DNA of 64,000 nucleotides from Chiloscyllium plagiosum (GCF_004010195.1 NC_057747.1:12483673-12547672), one strand, 5' to 3'. Shown: positions 12,549 to 24,046, numbered from the stretch's first letter. Translations and numbers: made by a program. Notes: generated by a model from the sequence alone, not told the origin.

Positions 12549-13349
12549 AATTTGATGAAGCTGAGACAGTTATTATTCCAGGTGCAGAGTGAAGTGTCTT
12601 CCCTCCGACCCAGATGACCAGACCTGGCCAGGTCAACAAAGAGACCTTTCCTGTTCTCAATCACACGACAGCATAATATACTGTTTAGAAAACCCAGCGT
12701 GAGAACAGGAGCTGTATGTTGTGAAAGGACATTGACGGAAGTCATTGCATTTGGTTTCCCTGTCCACCAACATCCACCCATCCAGCAAGAATGAGAAAGA
12801 TGCTACAAACTTAGATTATTTGCCCTCGTGCAACTTTCTGGTGTCTATATGTGACTTTGTGGCAGAATGTTCATGCTTATTTGTTCTTATTACAGCTTTT
12901 ATCTATTGGTGAGGTCAGATATTATAGAATGACAAAGGGTCTTTTGGCTCATTATGCCCCATTTATTTCCAAGACTTCAGCATAGATTTTTCTGGGCTGA
13001 GACCCACATTTGGAGGGGCAACTAAAAAGAAAATTAGTTGCTCTTGCATTATGGCAACCCCCAAAACCTTTACCAAATTGTTCTCGTTTTCAAATATAGC
13101 TCCTGCTATTTTGACATCTCTGTGAAGTTCAGACATCACCAGTTGGGAGTTGGCCTTAATTTTTCCCAGCATATAGTCAGGTATCTCTTGAACTCATCCA
13201 ACATACTGTACACTAGGAATGTTACTGTTTGCGACATAAAGTAAATCACATTGGTTACGTATCCAGGCAGAATTACGTAAATGTTAATAAAGCAAAGTGG
13301 GACTGTTTTTGGCATATTTTAAAAGAGACCTGACTCAAGGAAGTGATTA

Positions 13350-13599
13350 GATTAAAGTAGTGCTGGAAAAGTACAGCAGGTCAGGCAGCATCCGAGGAGC
13401 AGGAAAATCAACGTTTCGGGCAAAAGCCCTGCATCAGGAATGAGGCTGGGAGCCTCGGGGGGGTGGACAGTCTCCCAGCCTCATTCCTGCCCAAAACATC
13501 GATGTTCCTGCTCCTTAGATGCTGCCTGACTGGCTGTGCTTTTCCAGCACTACTCTAAACTTGACTCTAATCTCCAGCATCTGCACTACCCACTTTCCC
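13350..13599. mobile_element. Fold-back PLE-terminus element, family A
   Basis: Inverted arms; 16-bp direct repeat ctcaaggaagtgatta at 13334-13349 and 13600-13615. Confidence 0.8.
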
Positions 13600-13756
13600 C
13601 TCAAGGAAGTGATTATTTCTTCTTCATTCTGTTATTGTCCCACAAATAAAACAAAGAACTGCAGATGCTAGAAATCTGAAACAAAGCCAGAAATTATTGG
13701 AGAAACATAGCAGGTCTGGCAGCATTCGTGGAAAGAAAGCACAGTTAACATTCTAA

Positions 13757-14260
13757 GTCATGGCTGATCATGCAATCTCAGTATCCCACTCCTGCTTTCT
13801 CTCCATAACCCCTTGATCCTTTCAGCTGCAGGGGCCATGTCCAGTTCCCTCTTGAATATATCTAATTAACTCATCCCAACAGCTTCCTGTGGGAGAGAAT
13901 TCCAAAGGTTCACAACTCCCTGAGTGAAGAAATTCTTCCTTATTTCAGTCCTGGATGGCCCTTAATCTCAGACTATGACCCCTAGTTCAGGCCTTCCCCA
14001 ACATCAGGAATATTCTTCCCTCATCCAGCCTGTCCAGTCCCATCAGGATTTTGTATGTTTCTATGTGATCCCCTCTCATAGAGTTAAAGAGATATACAGC
14101 ACAGAAACAGACCTTTCCGTCCAACTTGTCCATTCTGATCAGATATCCTATATAAATCTAGTCCCATTTGCCAGCACTTGGCCCGTGTCCCTCTAAACCT
14201 TTTCTCTTCATATACCCATCCAGATGCATTTCAAGTGTTGTAAACGTACCAGCCTCCGTC
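13757..14260 (-). mobile_element. Two adjacent CR1-type LINE 3' fragments
   Basis: Reverse complement of the CR1 ORF2 C-terminus and 3'UTR seen at 51443-51810 and 35020-35520. Confidence 0.7.
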
Positions 14261-14859
14261 TCAGTTCAGAACCCCAAGGCCAGATCTTGTTGAGAAAGGA
14301 GACCTGAACATGTAGCTGAGTGGCATTCGTAATAGGGGGGGAAATACATAGCTGGCACAGTCAAAAGACACCCATTACATCCCAAAGCATAACCCCCTCT
14401 AACTCCCTAACAGTCGTCCCAGACAAACAGTCTCACAGTAAGTATTCTCCCCTAATCCCATGTGTGTTTAACAGCAGCATCCACTCCGAAGACTCAGACT
14501 CCACCACTGCAGAAGCCACCTTCCCTCCCCCCATCCCTGGCATACAGAAAACTCAAGCACCATCATGTCATTTGAGCTGTTGATCTGAAAATGCCTCAAC
14601 TATTGGGGAGGGGAATCACTAGCTATGTGTTTGTGGTACTTGGATACATTTAAAATCAACAATATCAAAAGGAAATTCGATGAGTTCTTGGGGGAAATAG
14701 ACTATGGAGCGGGCGGGGGTGGAATAAGACCAATTGGATTGTTCAATAGAATGCCGGTATGGATTTTATGGGCTGAAGGGCCTCTTCATTGTTGTTGTGA
14801 GTCTAAGAGTAGTGTTCACATTAGATTGCTCCTAGTCAATTTGAAAGCATCAAAATTAT

Positions 14860-15015
14860 AGTGGTGCTGGAAAAGCACAGCAGGTCAGTCAGCATCCGTG
14901 GAGCAGGAAAATCGACGTTTCGGGCAGGAGCCCTTCATCAGCCCATTATTCCTGATGAAGGGCTCCTGCCCGAAATATCTAATCTCCAGCATCTGTAGTC
15001 CTCACTTTCGCCTAG
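14860..15015. mobile_element. Fold-back PLE-terminus element, family A (right arm internally deleted)
   Basis: Intact - strand core CTGATGAAGGGCTCCTGCCCGAAACGTC at 14914-14941; + strand core at 14952. Confidence 0.75.
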
Positions 15016-15377
15016 ACCAGTCGAAAGCATGTCATCCCAGAAATGCCACAATGATGCCACAGGGGAAAGATTGAGGCAGCATTTTTTCACACAGTTAGAA
15101 AAATATGGGGACATGTGAAAGCAGACAACATGGTTTAGGCGAAAATCCGAACGTGAAGGAAATAGCCACACTCCAGTGAAATAAGAAAACAGTCCAAAAA
15201 TAAAACTGGAATCAGGCGGGTTGGCGTCAATAAAACAAAACGACAGGTTGTGACTCTTTAATGCAGGTACTCTCTGATCAACCTCTTCCACAGATTTTTT
15301 TTTTGTTACACATCTGGACCAGGTGAGATTTAAAATACGGGTCTTCTGTCTCAGAGATAGAGACTCTATCGCAGTCA

Positions 15378-15660
15378 GTCATGATTTGGAGGTGAGTGCT
15401 CTAACTCCCGATGAAGGGCTTTTGCCCGAAACGTTGATTCTCCTGCTCCTCGGATGCTGCCTGACCTGCTGTGCTTTTCCAGCACCTCTCTAATCTTGAC
15501 TCTGATCTCCAGCATCTGCAGTCCTCACTTTCGGGCCTAGATGATTTGGAGGTGCCGGTGCTGGACTGGGGTGGACCAAGTTAAAAATCACACAGTACCA
15601 GGTTATAGTCCAACAGGTTTATTTGCATGCACTAGCTTTCGGAGCGCTGCTCCTTCAACA
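15378..15660. mobile_element. Family A PLE terminus (15395-15540) nested in a family B terminus
   Basis: 14-bp duplication atgatttggaggtg at 15381-15394 and 15541-15554 brackets the inner element. Confidence 0.8.
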
Positions 15661-15769
15661 CTTTGACAACAGTGTTGGCAAAGTATTTGCATTTCGGTGA
15701 GATTTCTAATTCAGCGACCAAATGTACCATTTGCTGGATAAATTCTCTTCTCGCTGTTAAAATGTGAAT

Positions 15770-16200
15770 TGGAAGTGGCGCTGACTCAAATGGATGGGAT
15801 GGGTTGGGTTGGCTGATGTTGCAGCCCAGATCGGGTGATTGACAGCTCTCGGGGAGGGTGGCGCATTGGCCTATCGCGATAGCTGGGGGCAGAGGCACAG
15901 GCACAGGCGGATCCCACTCAGAGCACGGCAACAATGTCCTTTCTGTGCGGGGCGGCTGCGTTTTCTCTCCGTGCCTCCAGGTTTATTGCAGTCAGAGCGT
16001 ACAGCGCAGGTAAGCTCTGCACCTCTCCCGGTGCTGCAGGGGGTGAGGAACCCTGTGCAAACCCAACATCGGGGCCTTCTGCCTGGCTCAGGGGGGAGGA
16101 CGGTGAATGCAAACTGCGAGTGACCTTTGAAAACTTGAGGACTGTGCATGACGATGCACATGCACCGCCGACCCTCTCTGCAGCCGAATCCCTGTTTAAT
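15770..16200 (+). promoter_or_regulatory. GC/CpG-rich promoter and first-exon region of ECHS1
   Basis: Local GC and CpG enrichment. GGAAGT (ETS-like) 15771-15776, TGACTCA (AP-1) 15782-15788, inverted CCAAT (ATTGG) 15865-15869, palindromic TATCGCGATA (TMTCGCGANR motif) 15872-15881. Confidence 0.6.
15934..16009 (+). CDS. ECHS1: ECHS1 coding exon 1 (mitochondrial targeting peptide MSFLCGAAAFSLRASRFIAVRAYSA)
   Basis: Arg/Ala/Ser-rich presequence with no acidic residues; phase-1 donor CAG|GTAAGC matches the phase of exon 2. Confidence 0.88.
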
Positions 16201-16584
16201 AGAAATTAGTAAACTAGCTTTTAGTAAAATTGCATTGCACCCGTTTACAACGAGCTCCCTGGTTTGCTGATGTCTTTGTTATTGATGTGTTTTGTTTTAA
16301 ATCAAATTGAAAATAAATGTGCACCAGTTGCTTTAACACACCACCTCCCCTCTCTCCCCCCCCCCCAACAAAAAGAAATTATCATTTTTAATGTTGTCCC
16401 TGTTCCTGCAACTAGGCCTGGCTTTTATTAAGGTTCAGTGTCTGAATGAGGCTTTAACTCATTCAAACCCGACCACTTGTAGAAAGTTGAATGAGGGGTA
16501 TACTGGGGCAGACAGAACCACCCTTTGCTATCATTCGCTGTTGAGACCAGTTTATTTTTGTTGAGGGAGTAGCCCACAGCTGCT

Positions 16585-17445
16585 ACAAGAGGTGTAAAAC
16601 CTGCACCCACACCTCCCCCCTTCCCTCTGTCCAAGGCCCCACAGCACCTTCCACATCCAGCTGAGATTTTCCTGCACATCCAAACACCTCATCTACTGTG
16701 TCCGTTGCTCTCGATGTGATCTCCTCTACATCGGGGAGACAGGATGTGAACTGGCGGAATGTTTCAGGGAACGCCTCTGAGACACAGGCACCAAACCACC
16801 CCACCACCTTGTGGCCAACCACTTCAACTCCTCCAAGGACATGCAAGTCTTGGGCCACCTCCGCTGCCAAATCCTAGCCATCTGATGCCTGGAGGAAGAA
16901 CACCTCATCTTCTGCTTTGGGACCCACCGACTACATGGCATCAACATCGATTTCAACAGTTTCTTCATCTCCGCTCCCCTTTCCTTATCCCAGATCTAAC
17001 CTTCCAACTCAGCACCGCCCTCATGACCTGTCCCACCTGTCCATCTTCCTTCCTGCCTATCCACTTCACCTTGGAAATGTGTTGCTGGAAAAGCGCAGCA
17101 GGTCAGGCAGCATCTAGGGAACAGGAGAATCGACGTTTCGGGCATTAGCCCTTCTTCAGGGCGTTTCCTGAAGAAGGGCTAATGCCCGAAACGTCGATTC
17201 TCCTGTTCCCTAGATGCTGCCTGACCTGCTGCGCTTTTCCAGCAACACATTTCCATCTCTGATCTCCAGCATCTGCAGACCTCACTTTCTCCTCAAAGAT
17301 ATCCACTTCACCTTCCCCTCTGACCTATCCCTACCATCCCTCACCTTCATCTACATGAAGGTAGATGCCCAGCTTCATCTACATCTTCATGCCTTACCCC
17401 CCAGCCCCACCCCCACCCTCCTATTTATCTCTCAGCACTCAGGTT
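16585..17445 (+). mobile_element. Degenerate Penelope-like element, GIY-YIG endonuclease region and 3' tail
   Basis: LIYCVRCSRCDLLYIGETG at 16688-16744 (GIY-YIG motif with the CxxC insert typical of PLEs), followed by ..VANHFNS..; stops and frameshifts present. Confidence 0.85.
17073..17299. mobile_element. Fold-back PLE-terminus element, family A, inserted in the older PLE (ECHS1 intron 1)
   Basis: Perfect 89-bp arms 17072-17160 / 17167-17255; 15-bp direct repeat tatccacttcacctt at 17058-17072 and 17300-17314; hammerhead-like core at 17168-17195. Confidence 0.88.
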
Positions 17446-17449
17446 CCAA

Positions 17450-17979
17450 TTAGACTGGTTTGGTACAGAGATGAAAGAGTTTCTTGAGAGGCCTTCTGCT
17501 TAAATGTAAACAGATGAGACTTCAGACCAAAATGGTCATGTTTTAGAAGTGACCTGTATAATGAAAGAGGAACAGCCAGTCCTGGAAACTGAAGTTAAGC
17601 CGAGCAGTTCACTCCAGTACTAGTTTGGGAGTTCAGCTGTGGGCTGTGTGGAAACAAGTTGCTAGACTCTGTCTCCTTCTGCCCTTCCAACTTTGTCCTG
17701 TAAACCTTTGTTTCATTTTTACTGTGTTTAAGGGGTTTGCTTATTGGGACTGTGGCGCATATTCGGAACAGCATAATTAAGCCTAGCTTGGACAGACTGA
17801 GTCTGTAGGGGTTTTTTATTCTGTTCTTTTTGATTCATTGTGTAACTCTGTGAATAAATTTTTGTTTGTTTTAAAACCTGGTAGTCAACCTTGCTAACTT
17901 ACTCTGGGTAATTTTAACTCTACACTTACTGAAACAAATTGCAAAGAATATTTTGAGTGGTGTGGCCTAGTCCATAACA
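17450..17979 (+). mobile_element. Probable solo LTR (partial)
   Basis: Internal AATAAA, ends ...ggcctagtccataaca; 3' end resembles that of 40053-40587. Confidence 0.45.
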
Positions 17980-18405
17980 ATTCTGAACACCATTAAGGTA
18001 GCAAGTAAAAAGTTTGGTATGTTCCCCAGAAAATCATCTGCCCCCATTATGGGCTAATCCTGTGAAATGCATTCATCGATTAACTGTATGAATTAATGTG
18101 TTACATTGATATATCTCCATTTTTTTCACAGCCCCTGCTGATTGAGTTCTGGAACACTATGTAAAAAAAAAAGGGAATGCCATTTAGATTCAAGATGATG
18201 AGCAACTTATTTTGACTCAGTGTTGTGAACTTTTGGAAGTGGGAACACAATCTTTGAATATGTTTAACGCAGAGGATGATAGGTTTCTAATTATCCGTGA
18301 CATGCAGAGGAATAGGAATGGGATGGGTAAAAAGCATTGAAGTGTTCAATCAGTCATGATGGGATTGAATGGATTAAATAGCCTACTGCTATTCCCATAC
18401 TTATA

Positions 18406-18620
18406 CAGGGCGACCCCGTATCTGTGGGTCTGATTTCCGTGATTTCAGTTACCCACGGTTTACCACAGACCAAACATATTATAGGGAACCTTCCAGAACC
18501 AGGGGTCTGCCGGGAAGGTAAATTTCCCATTTAAATGAATGAGTGTGCTACCATCTGTGGTTTCGGGTTCCTGCGGTAGGTCTTGGAACATATCCCTCAT
18601 AGGTACAGGGGGGGCTACTG
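18406..18620. mobile_element. Tigger/pogo-type MITE (MER44/Tigger7-like)
   Basis: TA on both flanks; imperfect TIRs cagggcgaccccgtatc / gtacagggggggctactg; internal tttccgtgatttcagttacccacggt and gtcttggaacatatcc recall MER44 (from memory). Confidence 0.7.
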
Positions 18621-18863
18621 TATTCTGGTAATGAAAGAGTGAATGAATGCGAATCCATCAACTATCATACGCTGGTCAGCATTCTTGGAAATTAACCAAT
18701 GATCGAAGTAGAATAGTTAGAGAAAAATAAAAAGTTCCTTTGTAGGTGATTTCTGTTTGTTTTGGAGTATAAATCCATAGCTGTTCTGCTTAACCTCGGA
18801 TGTTTTACTGTCTGTTCAGAAGTTATTCATTAACATGCTCCGCCTTGTCATTCTCACTTGAAG

Positions 18864-19061
18864 GTGGCCAGTACCAACATCTACTTGTGGAGAAAAAGGG
18901 TGAGCAGCAGAACGTGGGCTTTATCCAGCTGAATCGGCCAAAGGCCTTGAATGCGTTGTGTGATGTACTGATGAAGGAACTCAATCAGGCACTGGACCTG
19001 TTTGAAGATGACCCTACAGTTGGAGCCATTGTCCTGACAGGAAGTGAAAAGGCATTTGCAG
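18864..19061 (+). CDS. ECHS1: ECHS1 coding exon 2 (198 nt)
   Basis: [65 protein letters not shown], the crotonase N-terminal region. Acceptor ttgaag|; the 3' end assumes a GC donor (CAG|GCAGGT). Confidence 0.93.
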
Positions 19062-19772
19062 GCAGGTATCTAGGTGCATGTTCACTGGTGAGATCTGAAA
19101 CAGGCTGTTGTCTGTTTTCCAACATGGTGCAACGTTTTTGGAAAAGCAGGAATTTATGGATAAGGGAAAAATAACTCTGATCCATATCGTTCCCCTTTTC
19201 TTATCGTGGTACTTACATGACACCAAGATCATGGAGTTGTTGACGGAGTATAGACATGGAGCTCCTTTATTTAATAAGAAACCCAAACGTAATGGGTCGA
19301 AAACCTCAAAGTTGGAATGATTTGGAAATCCTAGGTTTGAAGCTACCAGCTCCTCCGCAGTTTCAGATTCCTCATGTACTGTATCCTTAGGCTTAAGAAG
19401 AGAAAAACAATTATAAATTAGATTCACCCCATTCCCTCTTATCCACGACAACTTTACATATTAACTTGAATAGATCCAAACTTTCAGTGTCTATTCTGAC
19501 TTGGACTGTCCCCTCCATCCACCATGTCTTTGCTGATTTACAATGGCTCTCAGTCCACCAGGGCCTAGATTTGAAAGTCTTCGTCCTTGATCCTTCCATG
19601 GCCTCATCTCTTTCTATTTCTGAATTTTTTTCAGCTACAACCCTTTGAAATATTTTATATCTTCATCCAAAAAAGATGGCCATGACAAGTTTTAAGTAAT
19701 CCCCTCCCTTAATCTATTTGCCTCCATCTCGTGCACACTCACACTCTCTCAAGCTCACTCACACTCTCTCTC

Positions 19773-19814
<42 letters not shown>

Positions 19815-19820
19815 TCTTTG

Positions 19821-21368
19821 TTCTGTCTCACTGCGGCGCGCTCTGTCTCACTGCGGCGCGCTCTGTCTCACTGCGGCGCGCTCTGTCTCACTGCGGCGCG
19901 CTCTGTCTCACTGCGGCGCGCTCTGTCTCACTGCGGCGCGCTCTGTCTCACTGCGGCGCGCTCTGTCTCACTGCGGCGCGCTCTGTCTCACTGCGGCGCG
20001 CTCTGTCTCACTGCGGCGCGCTCTGTCTCACTGCGGCGCGCTCTGTCTCACTGCGGCGCGCTCTGTCTCACTGCGGCGCGCTCTGTCTCACTGCGGCGCG
20101 CTCTGTCTCACTGCGGCGCGCTCTGTCTCACTGCGGCGCGCTCTGTCTCACTGCGGCGCGCTCTGTCTCACTGCGGCGCGCTCTGTCTCACTGCGGCGCG
20201 CTCTGTCTCACTGCGGCGCGCTCTGTCTCACTGCGGCGCGCTCTGTCTCACTGCGGCGCGCTCTGTCTCACTGCGGCGCGCTCTGTCTCACTGCGGCGCG
20301 CTCTGTCTCACTGCGGCGCGCTCTGTCTCACTGCGGCGCGCTCTGTCTCACTGCGGCGCGCTCTGTCTCACTGCGGCGCGCTCTGTCTCACTGCGGCGCT
20401 CTCTCTCACCGCGGCGCGCGCTCTCTCTCACTGCGGCGCGCTCTCTCTCACTGCGGCGCGCTCTCTCTCACTGCGGCGCGCTCTCTCTCGCTGCGGGGCG
20501 CTGTCTCACTACAGAGTTCACTCACTGCGGCGCGCGCTCTGTCTCACTGCGGCGCGCGCTCTGTCTCACTGCGGCGCGCGCTCTCTCTCACAGCGGCACT
20601 CTCACCACGGCACGTGCTCTCTCTCACTGCGGCGCACTCGGTCTCACTGCGGCGCGCTCTCTCTCTCACTGCGGCGCGCTCTGTCGCACTGCGGCGCGCT
20701 CTGTCGCACTGCGGCGCGCTCTGTCGCACTGCGGCGCGCTCTGTCTCACTGCGGCGCGCTCTGTCTCACTGCGGCGCGCTCTGTCTCACTGCGCTCTGTC
20801 TCACTGCGGCGCGCTCTGTCTCACTGCGGCGCTCTCTGTCTCACTGCGGCGCGCTCGGTCTCACTGCGGCGCGCTCGGTCTCACTGCGGCACGCGCTCTC
20901 TCACTGCGGCACGCGCTCTCTCACTGCGGCACGCGCTCTCTCACTGCGGCGCAATCTCTGTCACTGCGGCGCGCGCTCTCACCGCGGCGCGCGCCCTCTC
21001 ACCGCGGCGCGCCCTCTCTCACCGCGGCCGCCCTCTCTCTCACCGCGGCGCGCCCTCTCTCACCGCGGCGCGCCCTCTCTCTCACCGCGGCCCGACCTCT
21101 CTCTCACCGCGGCCCCTCACCGCGGCCCGACCTCTCTCTCACCGCGGCCCGACCTCTCTCTCACCGCGGCCCGCCCTCTGTCTCACCGCGGCGCGCCCTC
21201 TGTCTCACCGCGGCGCGCGCTCTGTCTCACTGCGGCGCGCGCTCTGTCTCACTGCGGCGCGCGCTCTGTCTCACTGCGGCACGTGCTCTCTCTCACTGCG
21301 GCGCACTCGGTCTCACTGCGGCGCGCTCTCTCTCTCACTGCGGCGCGCTCTGTCGCACTGCGGCGCGC
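19821..21368. repeat. CpG-rich 20-bp minisatellite (ctctgtctcactgcggcgcg)n in ECHS1 intron 2
   Basis: 27 perfect units at 19841-20380, then variant units running into a gap; preceded by a (CT)n tract at about 19763-19817. Confidence 0.98.
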
Positions 21369-21868
21369 NNNNNNNNNNNNNNNNNNNNNNNNNNNNNNNN
21401 NNNNNNNNNNNNNNNNNNNNNNNNNNNNNNNNNNNNNNNNNNNNNNNNNNNNNNNNNNNNNNNNNNNNNNNNNNNNNNNNNNNNNNNNNNNNNNNNNNNN
21501 NNNNNNNNNNNNNNNNNNNNNNNNNNNNNNNNNNNNNNNNNNNNNNNNNNNNNNNNNNNNNNNNNNNNNNNNNNNNNNNNNNNNNNNNNNNNNNNNNNNN
21601 NNNNNNNNNNNNNNNNNNNNNNNNNNNNNNNNNNNNNNNNNNNNNNNNNNNNNNNNNNNNNNNNNNNNNNNNNNNNNNNNNNNNNNNNNNNNNNNNNNNN
21701 NNNNNNNNNNNNNNNNNNNNNNNNNNNNNNNNNNNNNNNNNNNNNNNNNNNNNNNNNNNNNNNNNNNNNNNNNNNNNNNNNNNNNNNNNNNNNNNNNNNN
21801 NNNNNNNNNNNNNNNNNNNNNNNNNNNNNNNNNNNNNNNNNNNNNNNNNNNNNNNNNNNNNNNNNNNN
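21369..21868. other. Assembly gap (500 N; round number suggests unknown true size)
   Basis: Run of N. Other gaps: 22268-22469, 38070-38217, 46015-46662. Confidence 1.
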
Positions 21869-22152
21869 CTGTTTGAGCACATCGAAATGTGACTGTGAGG
21901 CCAGCTTATCTCATTCCCTACCCAGACTCAAATCTCGATCCACATCGTAACAGATATTAAAGATTAAAGGGGAGAGTTTCTTCAGACTATCCTCTGCGGG
22001 GATAGTTTACCCTGGTCACATTTGTCATTTTTAGTTGGATGAGGTGACTAGACGGTTGTGGGAAACAAACCATCTCAGATGAGGAAAGCTTGTATCTGTA
22101 TTTCTTTGCACCAGTTACAGGATTATTTCCTGGATTGCTACTTGGTTGATTT

Positions 22153-22627
22153 CACCCCTCGCCCCTCGCCTCTCTCCCCTCACCCCGCACCCCTCACCTC
22201 TCGCCCTGCACCCCTCACCTCCCGCCCCTCACCTCCCGCCCCTCACCTCCCGCCCCTCACCTCCCGCNNNNNNNNNNNNNNNNNNNNNNNNNNNNNNNNN
22301 NNNNNNNNNNNNNNNNNNNNNNNNNNNNNNNNNNNNNNNNNNNNNNNNNNNNNNNNNNNNNNNNNNNNNNNNNNNNNNNNNNNNNNNNNNNNNNNNNNNN
22401 NNNNNNNNNNNNNNNNNNNNNNNNNNNNNNNNNNNNNNNNNNNNNNNNNNNNNNNNNNNNNNNNNNNNNTCCCGCCCCGCAACTCACGCCCCTCACCTCT
22501 TGCCTCCCGCCCCTCGCCCCTCGCCTCTCACCTCTCGCCTCTCGCCTCTCACCTCATGCTGCTCACCTCCCGGCCCGTCACCCCACCCCCTCACCTCACG
22601 TCTCACCTCCCTCACGCCTCACCTCCT
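22153..22627. repeat. C-rich 7/14-bp tandem repeat (cccctcacctcccg)n spanning a gap
   Basis: Repeating cccctca/cctcccg/cctctcg heptamers on both sides of 22268-22469. Confidence 0.9.
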
Positions 22628-24046
22628 GTGCTGTTCCTCTGGGAGTTACGCTAGAGGGCTGAGATGTTGCAGGGTTTTATCCCTGATCTCTTAGCGGCTT
22701 CCATCAAATCAAAAACATCCACATCACGTTTTGAAGCGCCAATCCTTCCAATCAGGTACCAGAACTGCTTCCCTTCTCCTTGATTGGTCTGAGCAGTAGC
22801 CATTGTATACGTGACTGTAGAATGTTCAGTCAATTAGTTTTAGCAACTCTGTCTTTCTGTAGGAGCTTCAACCCTTTGCTGCCCTGCCCACTGACATGTA
22901 CAGTTGTAAGCATCCATGATAAGTATTGCATCAACACTCCACTATGGAGTCTGACCTGTGACCAAGGTATTAGACAAGTGGAAGTGGTCAGTCTTAGTTG
23001 TCAGGGGAATAACATATTTGCCCTCAGTGCTACTTCACTGCTTCATTTGTAGATCTGTGCTCTCTGTTATAACTCAGTCCATCAGCTCCGAAATTCACCT
23101 TTGGGATTTCATCTGACTAATGTTTGATGTATTCATTTGAATCTCCTCTCCCTGTTTTCTCACTGGTTGAATGAATCTGCTATCATAGCAGAAGGTGGAA
23201 TTTCAGATCAAGTTTAGTTCACTGATGTCACATGGGTCCATTCCATGGTTTTTTCCAACTTAATGAATTTCTCTATTATAGTATAAAATAATTTTGATGC
23301 TCATCCTACAATTTGGCAGCATTCATAATCACAACATAATTTTTTAACCACAGATTGAAGAATAAAGTAATAATTTTTAATTTTGTGTGTTTCCCCAAAC
23401 ACAGACAGTGTCGTAACTGTACCAGCCATATCCCCGAGAGTGATCCATTACCTGCAAAAATCTATAACTTGTTCAGCTTTCTTTTAGTTTTCAACTGTTC
23501 CAGTATAAAAAAAGCAAAGCTGCAATCTTAAACAAGATAAAGTTAATTGAGTGTAAAACTTGTGGTGACAGAAGTAAAAGTGATCAGGTTTTCAGCTTTA
23601 AAAAAGGCATATGCAATGATAAATAGTTGAGATGGATAAGAGGTCCTTATAAAAGTAAGTGCAGTCTGTCAGAATGTTGCAGGTCTATTTCTCGCCCAAA
23701 GGTTCTCTTTCCAAAGTTAATTGGTTGAAGACTTGAAAACCAAATTCAGAGGCTGCCCTAGTTTCCGTAGTTGAACAATCTGTCTAAACCCATCAGGACC
23801 ATGGGAGAGTGAGGGAGGGCCTTTTGTTCCTCACTAGTTCTGTGGTTACAACACTTACAGATTGCTGGATTGTTCGGAAGAGCAGCCCTGCATTCTGTAC
23901 GCTTTCCTTGTGCTACAAATGACTGAGAACTTTCTGACTGATGTCTCTTTCCATTCTTCCCAAGAGAAATTGTACAAGATGGTTACTCACAGCCGATTTA
24001 TTCTGCAAAAGATTAAAATATTAAAACAAACCAAGCTTTCTAAATA

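Noticed and set aside
19821-21368. CRISPR-like regular repeat
   Set aside because: No unique spacers and a eukaryotic context; a simple tandem array.
19718-21950. Long ORFs of 724, 739 and 420 aa
   Set aside because: They are translations of the stop-free 20-bp minisatellite plus N runs, not proteins.
22110-22155. Peptide LQDYFLDCYLVDF after a pyrimidine-rich CAG, superficially like ECHS1 exon 3 (MQNLSFQDCY)
   Set aside because: Lacks AGADIKE and KPVIAAVNG, spacing is off by one residue, and it runs into a tandem repeat; treated as coincidence.
22625-22833. - strand peptide fragments (RDVDVFDLMEAAKR / PSSVTPRGTAQEV) faintly like a Harbinger Myb/SANT protein
   Set aside because: Requires a frameshift and the similarity is too weak to support without an HMM search.
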